A stretch of DNA of 64,000 nucleotides from an uncultured delta proteobacterium (GTDB lineage Bacteria; Desulfobacterota; Binatia; UBA9968). Below are positions 1-11,014 of this stretch, in pieces. The notes under the pieces are model-generated. The model was not told where the DNA came from and searched no databases. It saw only the letters and a list, made by a program, of their open reading frames with translations. Both the position numbers and the translations under genes were made by a program. Location of the stretch: positions 1-64,000 of the forward strand of contig CAVUVW010000027.1 in NCBI GenBank assembly GCA_963745035.1. Reading direction: 5' to 3'. Each line of letters starts with the position of its first letter. Within the stretch, counting starts at the first letter, position 1.

Positions 1-576
1 GGATCTGCTCGCCGCGGACTGGAGCCGATTGAAAGGTATGCGCGTGATTACCGAAACCAGCTTCGGATATCCGACTCCAGCCGCGCTCCGGGTCGGCACG
101 AAGGTGCTCTATGTGCACGGGCGCATCGACCGCATCGAAATTGCCGGAAACAAGGCGATTATTCGAGATTTAAAACGGCGCGCGCTCATCCGAGAACCGG
201 CAAGGAAACGGAAGCGAGTCCGGCACTCGACGTGCAGATCGCGGTGTATGGCCTCATTGCGGAGTTGCTGGCTCGAGAATGGCAGCTGCCGCAACAAATC
301 GAAGCTGGCTATGCCTATGTTGGCCGGCCGAGCGGCGAGCGCTTCTTCGGCGCAGACTTTCACACGGCTCTGAAGCCGGCCGCGAGTAAATGGCTGGAGA
401 CCGCAGCCGATCTGCTCAGCGAGCGGCAGTTTCCGCGGACTCCGAACAAAGACGACTGTCGCTACTGTCACCTCCAGCCGGTTTGCGGCGATGAAGTTTA
501 CAGCCGCGCGACGCTTTTACTCAACGAAGGGAGCGGCGCCGTCGCAAAGTTTGCCGCTTTGAAATTGGCCCAGTGA
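1..576 (+). CDS. AddB-like PD-(D/E)XK nuclease, C-terminal part (5' end outside window; frameshift near 178)
   Basis: HGRIDRIE...IRDLK nuclease motif, Q-x3-Y (QIAVY) and C-terminal CRYCHLQPVC Fe-S staple motif; directly upstream of an AddA-like gene. Confidence 0.8.
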   Translation, partial: GSARRGLEPIERYARDYRNQLRISDSSRAPGRHEGALCARAHRPHRNCRKQGDYSRFKTARAHPRTGKETEASPALDVQIAVYGLIAELLAREWQLPQQIEAGYAYVGRPSGERFFGADFHTALKPAASKWLETAADLLSERQFPRTPNKDDCRYCHLQPVCGDEVYSRATLLLNEGSGAVAKFAALKLAQ

Positions 577-590
577 AGGACTCCTAACGC

Positions 591-3500
591 ATGGCACAGC
601 CCAAGGAAAAGGCGCCTCCCGATCAGGAACAACGCGACGCAGCTATTAGGGAGCGGCAGCGCAACGTGCTTGTCGATGCCGGCGCAGGGACCGGCAAGAC
701 CACGATACTCGTCGAGCGCCTCGTCGAACTGGTGGCGCCCTTTCGAGAAGCCGCGCCATCCCGATGTCACGGATCGCTGCGATCACGTTTACGCGAAAGG
801 CGGCAGGCGAGCTCCGCTTGCGTATTCGAGAGCGATTGCTCGGAGAGCTCTCGAAAGTCAAGCCGGGTACCGAACGGGAAGGGCAGCTTCGCGATGCGAT
901 TGCGGATCTCGATACCGCCTATGTCGGCACGATTCACAGTTTTGCCGACCGGTTGCTCCGACTCAGACCCGTAGAGGCGGAACTCAGCCCCTCGTACGAG
1001 ATCGCGGAAGATGACCAGGCTTTGATCCGCGAAACTTTCGACGTTCTGTTGCAGGCAGTCCAGAGCGGAACACTGGCCTCGGAACTCGAAGGCAGCGCTG
1101 TTGCTGGAACTGCCGCGGAGGTCACGCAGACCATTCTCGATGCTCTCGACGCCGGTTTGCGCGCGGACTCGCTCGATTTGGAATTTATTGTGCGTTACGG
1201 GCTCGATGAGCTGGTCGCCGACTTTATCCGCTACCGAGATATCCCACCGCCTAACTTGCCGCCCGCTCCGTTCGATGCCGCCGTGTTTCGGGCAGCGGCC
1301 GATGAATTTGTAACCATGGCGAGATCGGTCAAAAACGGGTCCCTTGGCGCCGATTGGATCGTTCGCACGGCAGGTGTTTTAAAGAAGCTGCGGGAGCTCG
1401 ACGATCCGGTAGAGATCTTTCGTGAAACCCGCCTGCAGCTCGAGCACGCACCACGGAACCCGGTAACCAAAAGAGATACCTTCGCTGGCGATGATGATGC
1501 CTGGACTCTATGGAAAGCCTTTAATGGGCAGGATAAGCAGCGGCAGCGATCGCTCAAGGATGAGCTGTGCGCTCCGCTCGATCGCTGGATGGCAACACGG
1601 CTCGCGCGTCTGTTTCCGGTCGTCATCGTTCTGTACGAGAAGGTAAAAACGCGCCGGCGGCAGTTGGATCAGCTCGATCTTCTTTTGAAGCTGCGAAATC
1701 TGCTGGCCAAAGACAAAGAAGCAAGGGCCGAGTACCAGAACCGCTTCGACCATATTTTCGTCGATGAATTCCAGGACACCGATCCGCTTCAAGCCGAGAT
1801 CGTCCTCTATCTCTGCGAGCGCGAGCCGCGCGCCGACCGCTGGGAGGACGTTGTTCTATCGGAGGGCAAGTTGACTCTGGTCGGTGACCCCAAGCAGTCG
1901 ATTTATCGATTTCGCCGGGCCGACATTGCGATGTATGAGCGAGTGCGCGCGATCGTCGCACGACAAAAGCACCTAGAGGTGACGCTATCGACAAACTTCC
2001 GCAGCGTGCCGCCGCTCATCGATTGGTTCAACGACCGTTTCCCGCGCATCCTGGGAACGTCTCCGGACGGCAATCCGTTCGATCCAGCGACCGGCAAAGT
2101 ATTCCATCAAGCGCTGACGCAGGGGCGGAAGGGTGGGACAGAGCCGAGCGTGCGCATTTTGCAGTTCGACTTCGGCGAGGGCGACAAGCACAACGTCGAC
2201 GAATATCGGGAGTTGGAAGGGCGCGTGCTCGCGCGCTATCTCCGTTGGCTGGTGGAGGAGGGCGGATTTAGCATCATCGATGCGGTGGACGGGCGCACGC
2301 GGCGCATTCATTATGGGGATATTGCCATCCTCGCCGTTTCCACATGGCAACTGTCGCTACTGTTTCCAAGACTCGATGCTGAGGGAATTCCTTATGCATC
2401 GCGCGGCGGAAGGATGTTTTTGGAGGATCCGCTGCATCGGCAATTTCTGCTTGGATTAAGAGCACTGGCCGATCGGGACGATGGGGTAGGGGAGGCAGCA
2501 CTACTGCGCCCGCCGTTTTTTGCGGTGGATATCGCCGATCTGCTGCGGGAGAAGGCTTCAAGGAACAATGGAAGCCATAGCGAAGATGAACGAGTGAATC
2601 GAGCGCGAGCGGCTCGCGAGCTTGTGCGCGAACTCCGCCAACGGCGGTTCGATAGATCACCGGGAACGACCGCCCGGGAACTTCTGGACCGAACTGCCTT
2701 CGCCCGCGCAGTGGCGCTCGGCCCGAACGGTGCGCAGCGCTTGGCCCGTTTGCGCGAGCTCTGTCACATTTTTGAAAAAATCGCGGCGGACGAAAGGCTC
2801 GACTACGATGCCGCCAGCGCTCAGGTCCGAGACTGGATTGATAATCCCGTTCAGCTCGATCCACCACATCCGGTGGGAGCGGAAGCTGTCCAGGTACTGA
2901 CAGTACACCAAGCGAAAGGACTGGAGTTTCCGGTCGTTGCGATCTGGGACGGAAAGGGACAGTGGAATGCGCGCTTGCAGGCGAGTCCCTGGCGCATGGA
3001 GCGAGATGGCCGTGGTTGGATGATCAACCTGGACAAACTCACGTGGGAAGAACCAGCCGCGCTTGGCATTCGAGCAGCCGAGCAGCAATATCTGGATGCC
3101 GAACGGAGGCGCGTCGCCTATGTTGCGGCGACGCGAGCGCGGGATCTGCTTATCATACCTAAGGCGGGCAGTGTTCCCCCCGGAAAATTTATCTGCGGCG
3201 ACTTTTTGGCCGATGTGCCTCGGCGTCTGGTACAGACGATTGACGCCTATGTTCCGGGTGCAGAGCCGGCATGGTCGCGGCAGCTGAAAGCGATCGAGCG
3301 CAAAGCACCCGGTGACGGAACCGAACTGGAAAAACGGGTCGAGGGAGAATGGGGAAAAGCTTCGGTGGAAGCCGCACGCCCTCGTTTCCGTCCTGTAAGC
3401 GTGTCCGCGCTCGCGCGAGTTTCGCCGCGTGAAGAGGCCGAAGATGCGATTGAAGCGCTCCCGCTGAAAGACCGCGAAGGCAGGTACGGAGGTCTTTTCG

Positions 3501-3967
3501 GCAGCACGGTTCACCACGCGATCGGACTGATGCTCCGAAGCAGCGGAACGAGTGCTGGAGAAGCTGTGCAACGCGCCGCCAAGCTTTACGGTCTAACGGA
3601 GCATCTCGAAGAAGCGGCTGCTGACGTGACGCGAGGACTGGAAGCTTTGAAAGCCGCCGGCTTCGCACGATCACCGGGCTCTGATTTACAGCTCGAATAT
3701 CCCGTCGCCGGCCCATGGACCGACGGCCAGCTCGCAAGCGGCTATATCGATTTGGTTTCCGTTCAAGACGGTCGCGTAGACCTTATCGATTTCAAAACCG
3801 ATATGCCGCCGGCCGGCCCCGTGGAGCAGGCCTATCCCAAATATGCCGCCCAAGTGCGGATCTATGGAAAGCTACTTGAAGCCGCCGGCATCCTGAAAGA
3901 TCGCCGTCTGCGTTGTGGCTTGTTGTTCACCGCCGAAGGATCGATTCGGTGGATTGAGCATGAGTAA
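591..3967 (+). CDS. AddA-like UvrD helicase with C-terminal RecB-family nuclease (frameshift near 755)
   Basis: AGAGTGKT Walker A, ITFTRKAA, VDEFQDT, VGDPKQSIYRFR, TVHQAKGLEF, YVAATRA, GYIDLV...IDFKT. Confidence 0.9.
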
Positions 3968-4605
3968 AGACAGGATCCGATAATCTGCAGAAAATTCATC
4001 AGCCCTCTCGGATGAACGCATGTCCTTGCTGTCGGGTGCCGTGAGCGCATTGCTCCTTTCGCTCTAAACATCCGCGCTATCACTGGCTTTTAAACGATCT
4101 TCTTCAATCCTTCTCTACTGTGAAGTGTGACACCCTGGCTCGTTGGTGTGCAATCAATCGTCACGTCCATCTTGCCAGAATGGGAGCCTGACCTGCCTGC
4201 CTGGGCAGCCGCCATTTTTTGAAGCGTACGTACGCCAAAGTATGGTTTCACGCTGATTGGTCAAACCAAAAACAACCTTGCAAGATAAAACCGATAGCGT
4301 CGATCTGCATATTTTCTGGCTGTAGCCGCAAAGTCATCCCAAGCCGCCATCATCGCGTCGGCACCCTTTCTTCTCGATATGATTTTGTTCCGCGGCAATT
4401 TCAGAGATAGGGTCTTGGATCCGCGCTGGCCTATCCTCTTCCTAGATACGGACTGAATGGCGTATTTGGATATCGTTTACTCCGGGACCTCGCTTATGGC
4501 TTGTCAGGACGCGATCTCGAGCTTGCGGTTCAACTACTTAGAGCAGCCCGGGGCAGCTCTCCAAAATTTTAAGGATGGGTCAGGAGCACATCGGCCGTAA
4601 AGTGT

Positions 4606-4634
4606 TTGCAAAAACTGATTTAATGTTATATAAA
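4606..4634 (+). promoter_or_regulatory. sigma-70-like promoter
   Basis: TTGCAA-17 nt-TATAAA in an AT-rich stretch, followed by AGGAG and the ATG at 4669. Confidence 0.55.
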
Positions 4635-4668
4635 ACTATACAAGTGTTAATCACTTAGGAGCGTTTCA

Positions 4669-5151
4669 ATGGACCCAAAAGATTTGCTTAAGACCTGGAC
4701 TGGACCGGACAACTCGCGTCTTATGCGCAACCAAACCTCAATGCGGCTCTCAATGCATGTGGCGGCGAAAATCTCTGCGCTCTGCGAAATGTTCCCGCAA
4801 AGAACGAAGACTCAGATTATCAACGATCTGCTATCGACAGCATTGGATGAGTTGGCGGCCGGTTTGGAAGTTACTCATCCATTTGAACAATCCGAAGAGG
4901 GTCTTGAAAACCTTCCAACGCAAAAAAGCAGATACGACAAGCTGGTCGAAAAGTATGTACAGGAAATTGAAGCCGGGAATAGCGACGAAACCTCGGAAAC
5001 AGGAAACGCCGGTAGCACTAAACAGAGAAGGAATAGTGGGCTCGATATTTGCCGGATTTGGCCCATGAGCCATTCTTCCTACGACAATGATTGTCATCGA
5101 TCCAATAAGACTCGCGGCTGCCCTTATAGATGCTGGTCTCGGCCAAGTTGA
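4669..5151 (+). CDS. Hypothetical protein, possibly ribbon-helix-helix-like DNA-binding (true 3' end uncertain)
   Basis: Good RBS and promoter; TSMRLSMHVAAKISALCEMFPQRTKTQIINDLLSTALDEL fits a strand-helix-helix pattern. Confidence 0.5.
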   Translation: MDPKDLLKTWTGPDNSRLMRNQTSMRLSMHVAAKISALCEMFPQRTKTQIINDLLSTALDELAAGLEVTHPFEQSEEGLENLPTQKSRYDKLVEKYVQEIEAGNSDETSETGNAGSTKQRRNSGLDICRIWPMSHSSYDNDCHRSNKTRGCPYRCWSRPS

Positions 5152-5287
5152 AATTTGTATTAAGGCCGGAGTCGGTCATCAAACACTGGCCAAAATGTTG
5201 AAGGGGGAGATGGTTCGCGTTTCGTCCGTTAGCCGGATATGCAAAGTCCTTAACGTGCCTGCGGCTCAAATAATAAGGGAGGCCTGA
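5087..5287 (+). CDS. Small XRE/Cro-like HTH protein
   Basis: QVEICIKAGVGHQTLAKMLKG...RICKVLNV HTH pattern; stop overlaps the integrase ATG (TGATG). Confidence 0.7.
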   Translation: MIVIDPIRLAAALIDAGLGQVEICIKAGVGHQTLAKMLKGEMVRVSSVSRICKVLNVPAAQIIREA

Positions 5288-6366
5288 TGAAAATATATAA
5301 ACGTAAAGGCAGTCCGAACTGGTATTTGAGGCAGGGAGATACGTTAATCAGCCTCAAGACCACGCGCAAGGCGTACGCGCTAGCAGCTGCTGGAAGAGTA
5401 TCAGGCTAAGCGGCTCGGCATTTACCGCGTCCCGCACAAGCGGGTTTCGCGCTTTTTTGAGCCGTATCTGGAGTACTGCAAGCGGTACAACAAGGCCAGC
5501 ACAGTCGACGATAAAGCACGGACGCTTGGCTATTTCAAAGAGCAGGCCGGCGATCCATGGCTTCGAGAAATAAACGCCAAAACAATCCAGGGTTATCTTG
5601 ACTCACGTGTCAGCCATCTGTCGAAAGCGGAAATTTCGACGGAGCGATTCAATAGCGAACGGCAAATACTCAACAACTTTTTCAATTATCTGATCAAGGA
5701 AAAAGTTTTCAAGGAAAACCCGGTAACCGGGATCCAAAAGAAAAAGATAGTCAGGAACAAAAAACCTAAATCACTTTCCCGGCTCGATGAGGCGATCTTG
5801 GACGCATGGCTCCGCGGCGAGCGCGAGGATCAAAAGAAGGCGGACGGCACGAAGCCAAAAGGGATTTCGCTTGAGGCGAGACAAGAATTGATAACCGTCA
5901 AAACCGTCACCGCCAATTCAGGGCTCCGCGCCGCCGAGCTTACCAATCTTTGCTGGTCTGATGCCGACTTTGATAGACCAACGGTGGCGGTTACCGAAAA
6001 ACCCGACTGGAAGCCGAAGGATTACGAAGAAAGGGAAATCCCGTTGAACCGAACGGCCGCGTCAGCTTGCGCGAGCACAAGCTCCGGCGGGTGGTGATGG
6101 GGAAGTATATTTTCTGCCGGCAAGATGGGCGAAAGTACGGCCGCGGTCTCGGTCTGCTCATGTGCCGGGCATTCAAGCTCGCCGGTCTGGGATCCGGCGG
6201 GCTACACACTTTACGGCACACGTTCGCGACGCGATATCTTGATGCCGGTGGCAATCTCAAAGACCTGCAGAAGCTGCTCGGTCATTCAGATTTGAAGACC
6301 ACCCAGCGCTATCTCCACGCCGACGAAGAGCAGATGAAAAAGACCGTTGAACGGATGGGGAGCTAA
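5287..6366 (+). CDS. Tyrosine recombinase/phage-type integrase (frameshifts near 5380 and 6066)
   Basis: N-terminus [13 protein letters not shown]; catalytic [25 protein letters not shown]; lies beside a tRNA 3' end. Confidence 0.9.
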
Positions 6367-6371
6367 TCGCG

Positions 6372-6554
6372 ATGACTAAACGTAAAATGATCGAAGCATT
6401 GATGTTTGTACAAGAGAACTTAATCCACGTTCACGAGGTTTTGGCCAAAGTCGATGATCGTGTTGAACAGCTTAGGGATGCACTGGAAGACACCCGAGAG
6501 AGCGAGCAACCTGTCAAAAACCGGACAGTCAGAAAGCGCGGAGTTCGCAAGTGA
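6372..6554 (+). CDS. Small hypothetical coiled-coil protein
   Basis: 60-aa ORF directly after the integrase. Confidence 0.35.
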   Translation: MTKRKMIEALMFVQENLIHVHEVLAKVDDRVEQLRDALEDTRESEQPVKNRTVRKRGVRK

Positions 6555-6564
6555 TTGAGAACAT

Positions 6565-6639
6565 TGGTGGTCCCAACGGGAATCGAACCCGTGTTCCCGA
6601 CGTGAGAGGCCGGTGTCCTAACCGCTAGACGATGGGACC
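6565..6639 (-). tRNA. tRNA-Glu (anticodon CTC)
   Basis: Minus strand GGTCCCA...CCGGC-CT-CTC-AC-GTCGG...GGTTCGATTC...TGGGACCACCA; cloverleaf with encoded CCA. Confidence 0.97.
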
Positions 6640-6640
6640 G

Positions 6641-6716
6641 TGGCTGAGGAGGAAGGACTCGAACCTTCAATCGCCTGATCCAGAGTCAGGTGGCTTACCA
6701 ATTAGCCGACTCCTCA
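6641..6716 (-). tRNA. tRNA-Gln (anticodon CTG)
   Basis: Minus strand TGAGGAG...CCTGA-CT-CTG-GA-TCAGG...GGTTCGAGTC...CTCCTCAGCCA. Confidence 0.97.
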
Positions 6717-6744
6717 ATTACGCGAATGATAAAAACTAAAAGAA

Positions 6745-8175
6745 TTACCGGATGGAGTCAAGTTGAGTGATGTATTCGAGCGCGCTCTGAAGACGCCGAA
6801 TCGTGCGCTCTCTTCCGAGCACCGCGATGACATCGTGAATGCCGGGACTGACCGTGCCGCCGGTGAGCGCGACGCGCACGGGCTGGGCAAGCGCGCCCAT
6901 CTGCAGCCCATGCTCTTCCAATGTGTTTGCGAAGGCCTGCTCGATGGTTGTCTCGTTGAAAGTATCGAGCGCCGAAAGTTTCTCGATCAGACCGCGCATC
7001 GGCGCGGCCGCCTCTTTCGTCAAGAACTTCTTTGCCGCTTTGGCATCGAAGACGAGATCGTCGGAAAGATAATAGTGCGCGGCTTCGACCAGCTCGGTCA
7101 ACGTTTTTGCACGCTCGCGCAAGGTGGCGATCATCTTTTCAAGCCATGACCGGTCTGACGGAACCGGATACGCCTTTGCCCGAATGAACGGGAGGATCTC
7201 GTCTGCCAGCTCGGCCAGGGGTTTGGACTTCAAATACTGAAAATTTACCCAGAGAAACTTTTCTGGATTGAACACGCCGGCCGATTTGCCGACGTTTTCG
7301 AGGGTAAATTTCTCGATCAGCTCGGCGCGGGAAAAGATCTCCTGGTCGCCGTAGGACCATGCGAGGCGGACCAGATAATTGACCACCGCTTCGGGAAAGT
7401 AACCCATGTCTCGATAAGCCGTAACCGAGGTCGCGCCGTGGCGCTTGCTGAGGCGCGCCTTGTCGGTGCCGAGGATGAGCGGCACATGGGCAAATTGCGG
7501 CAGCTCCCGCTCGAAGGCCTGATAGAGCTGAATTTGGCGCGGCGTATTCGACAGGTGGTCGTCGCCGCGAATGATGTGGGTGATCTCCATCGCGATGTCG
7601 TCGACGACCACGCAAAAATTGTAGGTCGGCGTGCCGTCCGAGCGGGCGATGATCAAGTCGTCGAGCTCGCGGTTATCGAAAACGACGTCGCCCTTGATCA
7701 GATCCTTGACCACGGTGGCGCCCTCGCGCGGCGAGCGGAAGCGCACGGTATACGGTTTGTCCTGCGGCAGCGGGACGATGATCCCTTCGGCCGGACGGCA
7801 GGTGCCGTCGTAGGCGGGCTTGCGTTTTTCTTTTTGCGCCAGTGCTCGTTTGGCGTCGAGCTCCGCCGGCGTACAGACGCACGGGTAGGCGTTGCCGCTC
7901 GCGAGCAATTCCCTTATTTTTTCCTTGTAGAGCGGAAAACGCTCGGTTTGATAAAACGGCCCTTCGTCGTAGTCGAGCTCGAGCCACTGCATCGCGTCGA
8001 GAATGGCTTGAATCGCTTCCGGGGTGGAGCGCTCGCGGTCGGTATCTTCGATGCGAAGAATAAATTTGCCGCCGTGGCGACGGGCAAACAGAAAATTGAA
8101 CAGCGCCGTGCGCGCGCCGCCGATGTGCAAATAACCGGTAGGGCTGGGAGCGAAGCGGGTTCGGATTTGCGCCAT
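6745..8175 (-). CDS. gltX: Glutamate--tRNA ligase
   Basis: RFAPSPTGYLHIGG (HIGH), LRIEDTD, IIRGDDH, RLSKRHG (KMSKS-like). Confidence 0.97.
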   Translation of the reverse strand: MAQIRTRFAPSPTGYLHIGGARTALFNFLFARRHGGKFILRIEDTDRERSTPEAIQAILDAMQWLELDYDEGPFYQTERFPLYKEKIRELLASGNAYPCVCTPAELDAKRALAQKEKRKPAYDGTCRPAEGIIVPLPQDKPYTVRFRSPREGATVVKDLIKGDVVFDNRELDDLIIARSDGTPTYNFCVVVDDIAMEITHIIRGDDHLSNTPRQIQLYQAFERELPQFAHVPLILGTDKARLSKRHGATSVTAYRDMGYFPEAVVNYLVRLAWSYGDQEIFSRAELIEKFTLENVGKSAGVFNPEKFLWVNFQYLKSKPLAELADEILPFIRAKAYPVPSDRSWLEKMIATLRERAKTLTELVEAAHYYLSDDLVFDAKAAKKFLTKEAAAPMRGLIEKLSALDTFNETTIEQAFANTLEEHGLQMGALAQPVRVALTGGTVSPGIHDVIAVLGRERTIRRLQSALEYITQLDSIR

Positions 8176-8269
8176 CCGGGTAAGCTAACAGGGGAGGGAA
8201 AAAGCGTCAACGCCGCGTTAAAATGCGCATGGGTTGTGTTATGATCCACGATTACAAGGAGAAGGGCCT

Positions 8270-10027
8270 GTGGAAATGAAGCCGACGGGCGCCGGCGCTA
8301 AGGCGTCCGCGGACGGCGCCGACCCCGCGCCGTCCCATTTTATTCGCAATATCGTCGCCGAAGATCTGAGACAGGGCAAAAACGGTGGACGGGTGCATAC
8401 CCGTTTTCCGCCGGAGCCCAACGGCTATCTTCATATCGGCCACGCCAAGTCCATTTGCCTCAATTTCGGCCTCGCCGCGGAGTTTAACGGCCTCATGCAA
8501 CCTTCGCTTCGACGACACCAATCCGAGCAAAGAAGACGTCGAGTACGTCGAGTCGATCAAAGAGGACGTGCGCTGGCTGGGCTTTGACTGGGGAGATCGG
8601 GAATTCTACGCATCTGACTATTTCGAGCAGCTCTATCAGTTTGCGCTCCGGCTGGTACGGGACGGCAAGGCTTTCGTTTGCGATCTCAGCGCGGATCAGA
8701 TGCGCGAATACCGCGGAACACTGACCGAGCCGGGCAGGAACAGCCCGTTTCGCGACCGCTCGGTCGAAGAAAACCTCGATCTCTTGGAGCGGATGCGCGC
8801 CGGGGAATTCGCCGACGGCAGCCGCACGCTGCGCGCGAAAATCGACATGGCCTCGCCGAATATCAATCTTGCGCGACCCGGTCATGTACCGCGTGCTGCG
8901 GGCGACCCATCATCGGACCGGCGATACCTGGTGCATCTATCCGACCTATGACTTCGCGCACGGCCAGTCGGATTCCATCGAGGGCATCACCCATTCCATC
9001 TGCACCCTGGAGTTTGAGGACCACCGGCCGCTCTACGATTGGTTTCTCGATCAGCTGAAAGTTCACCATCCTCAGCAGATCGAGTTCGCGCGTCTCAACC
9101 TCACCCATACGGTGATGAGTAAGCGCAAGCTCTTGCAGCTCGTGCAGCAGAAATACGTCAGCGGGTTGGGACGATCCGCGAATGCCGACGCTCGCGGGCA
9201 TGCGCCGCCGGGGTTACACTCCCGAGGCGATCCGCAATTTCTGTGAACGCATCGGCGTGGCCAAAAGAAACAGCATCGTCGATATCGCGATGCTGGAGCA
9301 TTGCCTGCGCGAGGACTTGAACAAGCGCGCGCCGCGGGTGATGGCGGTGCTGCGGCCGATCAAGATCGTTCTGGAAAATTACCCGGAAGGTCAGGTCGAG
9401 GAGTTGATCGCCGTCAACAATCCGGAAGACCCGGCGATGGGCACGCGCAAGGTGCCTTTTTCCCGGGCTCTTTACATCGAGAAGGACGATTTTCGCGAAG
9501 AGCCGCCGAAAGGATTTTTCCGCTTATCCCCGGGCAAAGAGGTGCGGCTGCGCTACGGTTACATCATCAAATGCGTCGGTGTGGATAAAGATCCGGCCAC
9601 CGGAGAGATCCGCGAATTGCGCTGCACCTATGATCCGGAAACAAAAAGCGGATCGTCGCAAAGCGGCCGCAAAGTCAAAGCGACCATTCATTGGGTATCG
9701 GCGGCTCATGCCCTCGAAGCGGAAGTGCGACTGTACGACCATTTGTTCACGAAAGAGGACCCGGACGATGTCCCCGAAGGAAATGATTGGCTCGCGAATA
9801 TTAATCCAAATTCACTCGAACGGCTAACGTCCTGTCGCATTGAACCCCATCTCGCCAATGCAAAGCCAGGTGAGCGTTACCAGTTTGAGCGGCTGGGTTA
9901 TTTTTGCGTGGATTCAGCAGATTCGGCGCGCGAAAAATTCGTCTTCAATCGGTCAGTGACGTTGCGGGATACGTGGGCGAGAATGGAAAAAGGTTCCAAA
10001 GGCAGTAGCTCGACTGTAAGGTCTTGA
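8270..10027 (+). CDS. glnS: Glutamine--tRNA ligase (three apparent frameshifts near 8495, 8870, 9170)
   Basis: [55 protein letters not shown] spread over four ORF pieces. Confidence 0.95.
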
Positions 10028-10051
10028 AGAAGAAACGTTCCTATTGGAAAA

Positions 10052-10909
10052 CTAATCAAGCAATTTTTCTCGAGGGCTTCGTTTCCTTGCTTCGTCGCGA
10101 ATACGAGAAACGTTATTAAACCAATCAACAGCGCCAATACGGCGCATGATCCATTCACCTAGAGACGGAGAGAGTTCGCCAAGTGCGGACAGTAGTCGTG
10201 TGGGACCAGGGTTGATTACGATTTCGGGGATATCTTTCTTGATGGCGCGGACGATCGCCTGAGCCACCGATTCAGCCGAAGATGTTCCCAAGAGCCAGGG
10301 AGCTGTCAACCCCGTCTCGTCTACTATACGCTGATAGATTCCGGCGGTAACAAAGCCGGGACAAATAACTGATGCGCTAACGCCTGTCCCTCGGTATTCC
10401 GCGCGCAATGCCTCAGTAAATGCGATAAGTCCAGCTTTGGTAGCGGTATAGGGTTCGGCGCAGGGCGGTCCAGCCTTCGCCGAGAGGGAGGACATGTTGA
10501 CGATGTGTCCTCGCCGGCGGTCTAACATTTCTGGAAGAACAATGCGTGTCAGGACCATAGCGCTCGTTAGGTTGATGTTTATACTGCGCTCAATGTCGTT
10601 GATGGGAAGTGTATGATAGTGAGAAAACATCTCGATTCCCGCGTTATTTATCAGGACATCGACTGCGCCAAAGCTCGACCTCGCTAACCGGTGCAAACGC
10701 TCCAAATCTTCAAGACGTGAGACGTCTGCCCGAAGGACGACGACTTTTGTAAGTGGCGAAAGTCTGTGAGCAAGTTCGTCGAGGGCGTGTGTTGATAACC
10801 CCGCAAGAACCAAATTCATTTTTTGATCAGCCAATGCACGGCAAGTAAACGGTCCAATTCCTCCTGACGCACCTGTAAGAACGGCAGTGCTTTGCGCAAG
10901 GATTCGCAT
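10052..10909 (-). CDS. Classical SDR family oxidoreductase
   Basis: TGASGGIG, NNAG, YTATK catalytic motif. Confidence 0.92.
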   Translation of the reverse strand: MRILAQSTAVLTGASGGIGPFTCRALADQKMNLVLAGLSTHALDELAHRLSPLTKVVVLRADVSRLEDLERLHRLARSSFGAVDVLINNAGIEMFSHYHTLPINDIERSININLTSAMVLTRIVLPEMLDRRRGHIVNMSSLSAKAGPPCAEPYTATKAGLIAFTEALRAEYRGTGVSASVICPGFVTAGIYQRIVDETGLTAPWLLGTSSAESVAQAIVRAIKKDIPEIVINPGPTRLLSALGELSPSLGEWIMRRIGAVDWFNNVSRIRDEARKRSPREKLLD

Positions 10910-11014
10910 CTTGATTCACTTGCCTCGTTTCGCGTCGAATATGGGGCACGGATTGGTTAGCCGGTAGTTGCAGCGCGTGCTTCTACCCGCGAAAGCGGCA
11001 ACTCCGAGGATATA

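Larger units (their letters stand above)
4606..6565. mobile_element. Right end of an integrative element at tRNA-Glu (left boundary not found)
   Basis: Integrase plus HTH regulator abut the tRNA-Glu 3' end; no duplicated tRNA 3' end seen in the window. Confidence 0.65.

Noticed and set aside
3968-4600. Distal att site or hidden gene between addA-like gene and the integrase module
   Set aside because: No copy of the tRNA-Glu 3' end and no convincing ORF found by eye
5287-6366. Integrase as the IntI responsible for the attC cassette
   Set aside because: It lacks the IntI-specific insertion before the HxxR box, sits at a tRNA like phage/island integrases, and is 46 kb away
8270-10027. glnS and about 20 other split genes as pseudogenes or programmed frameshifts
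   Set aside because: Single-base shifts are spread evenly over unrelated genes, motifs are intact on both sides and there is no shared slippery site; sequencing or assembly indels are the simpler explanation (check with read polishing)
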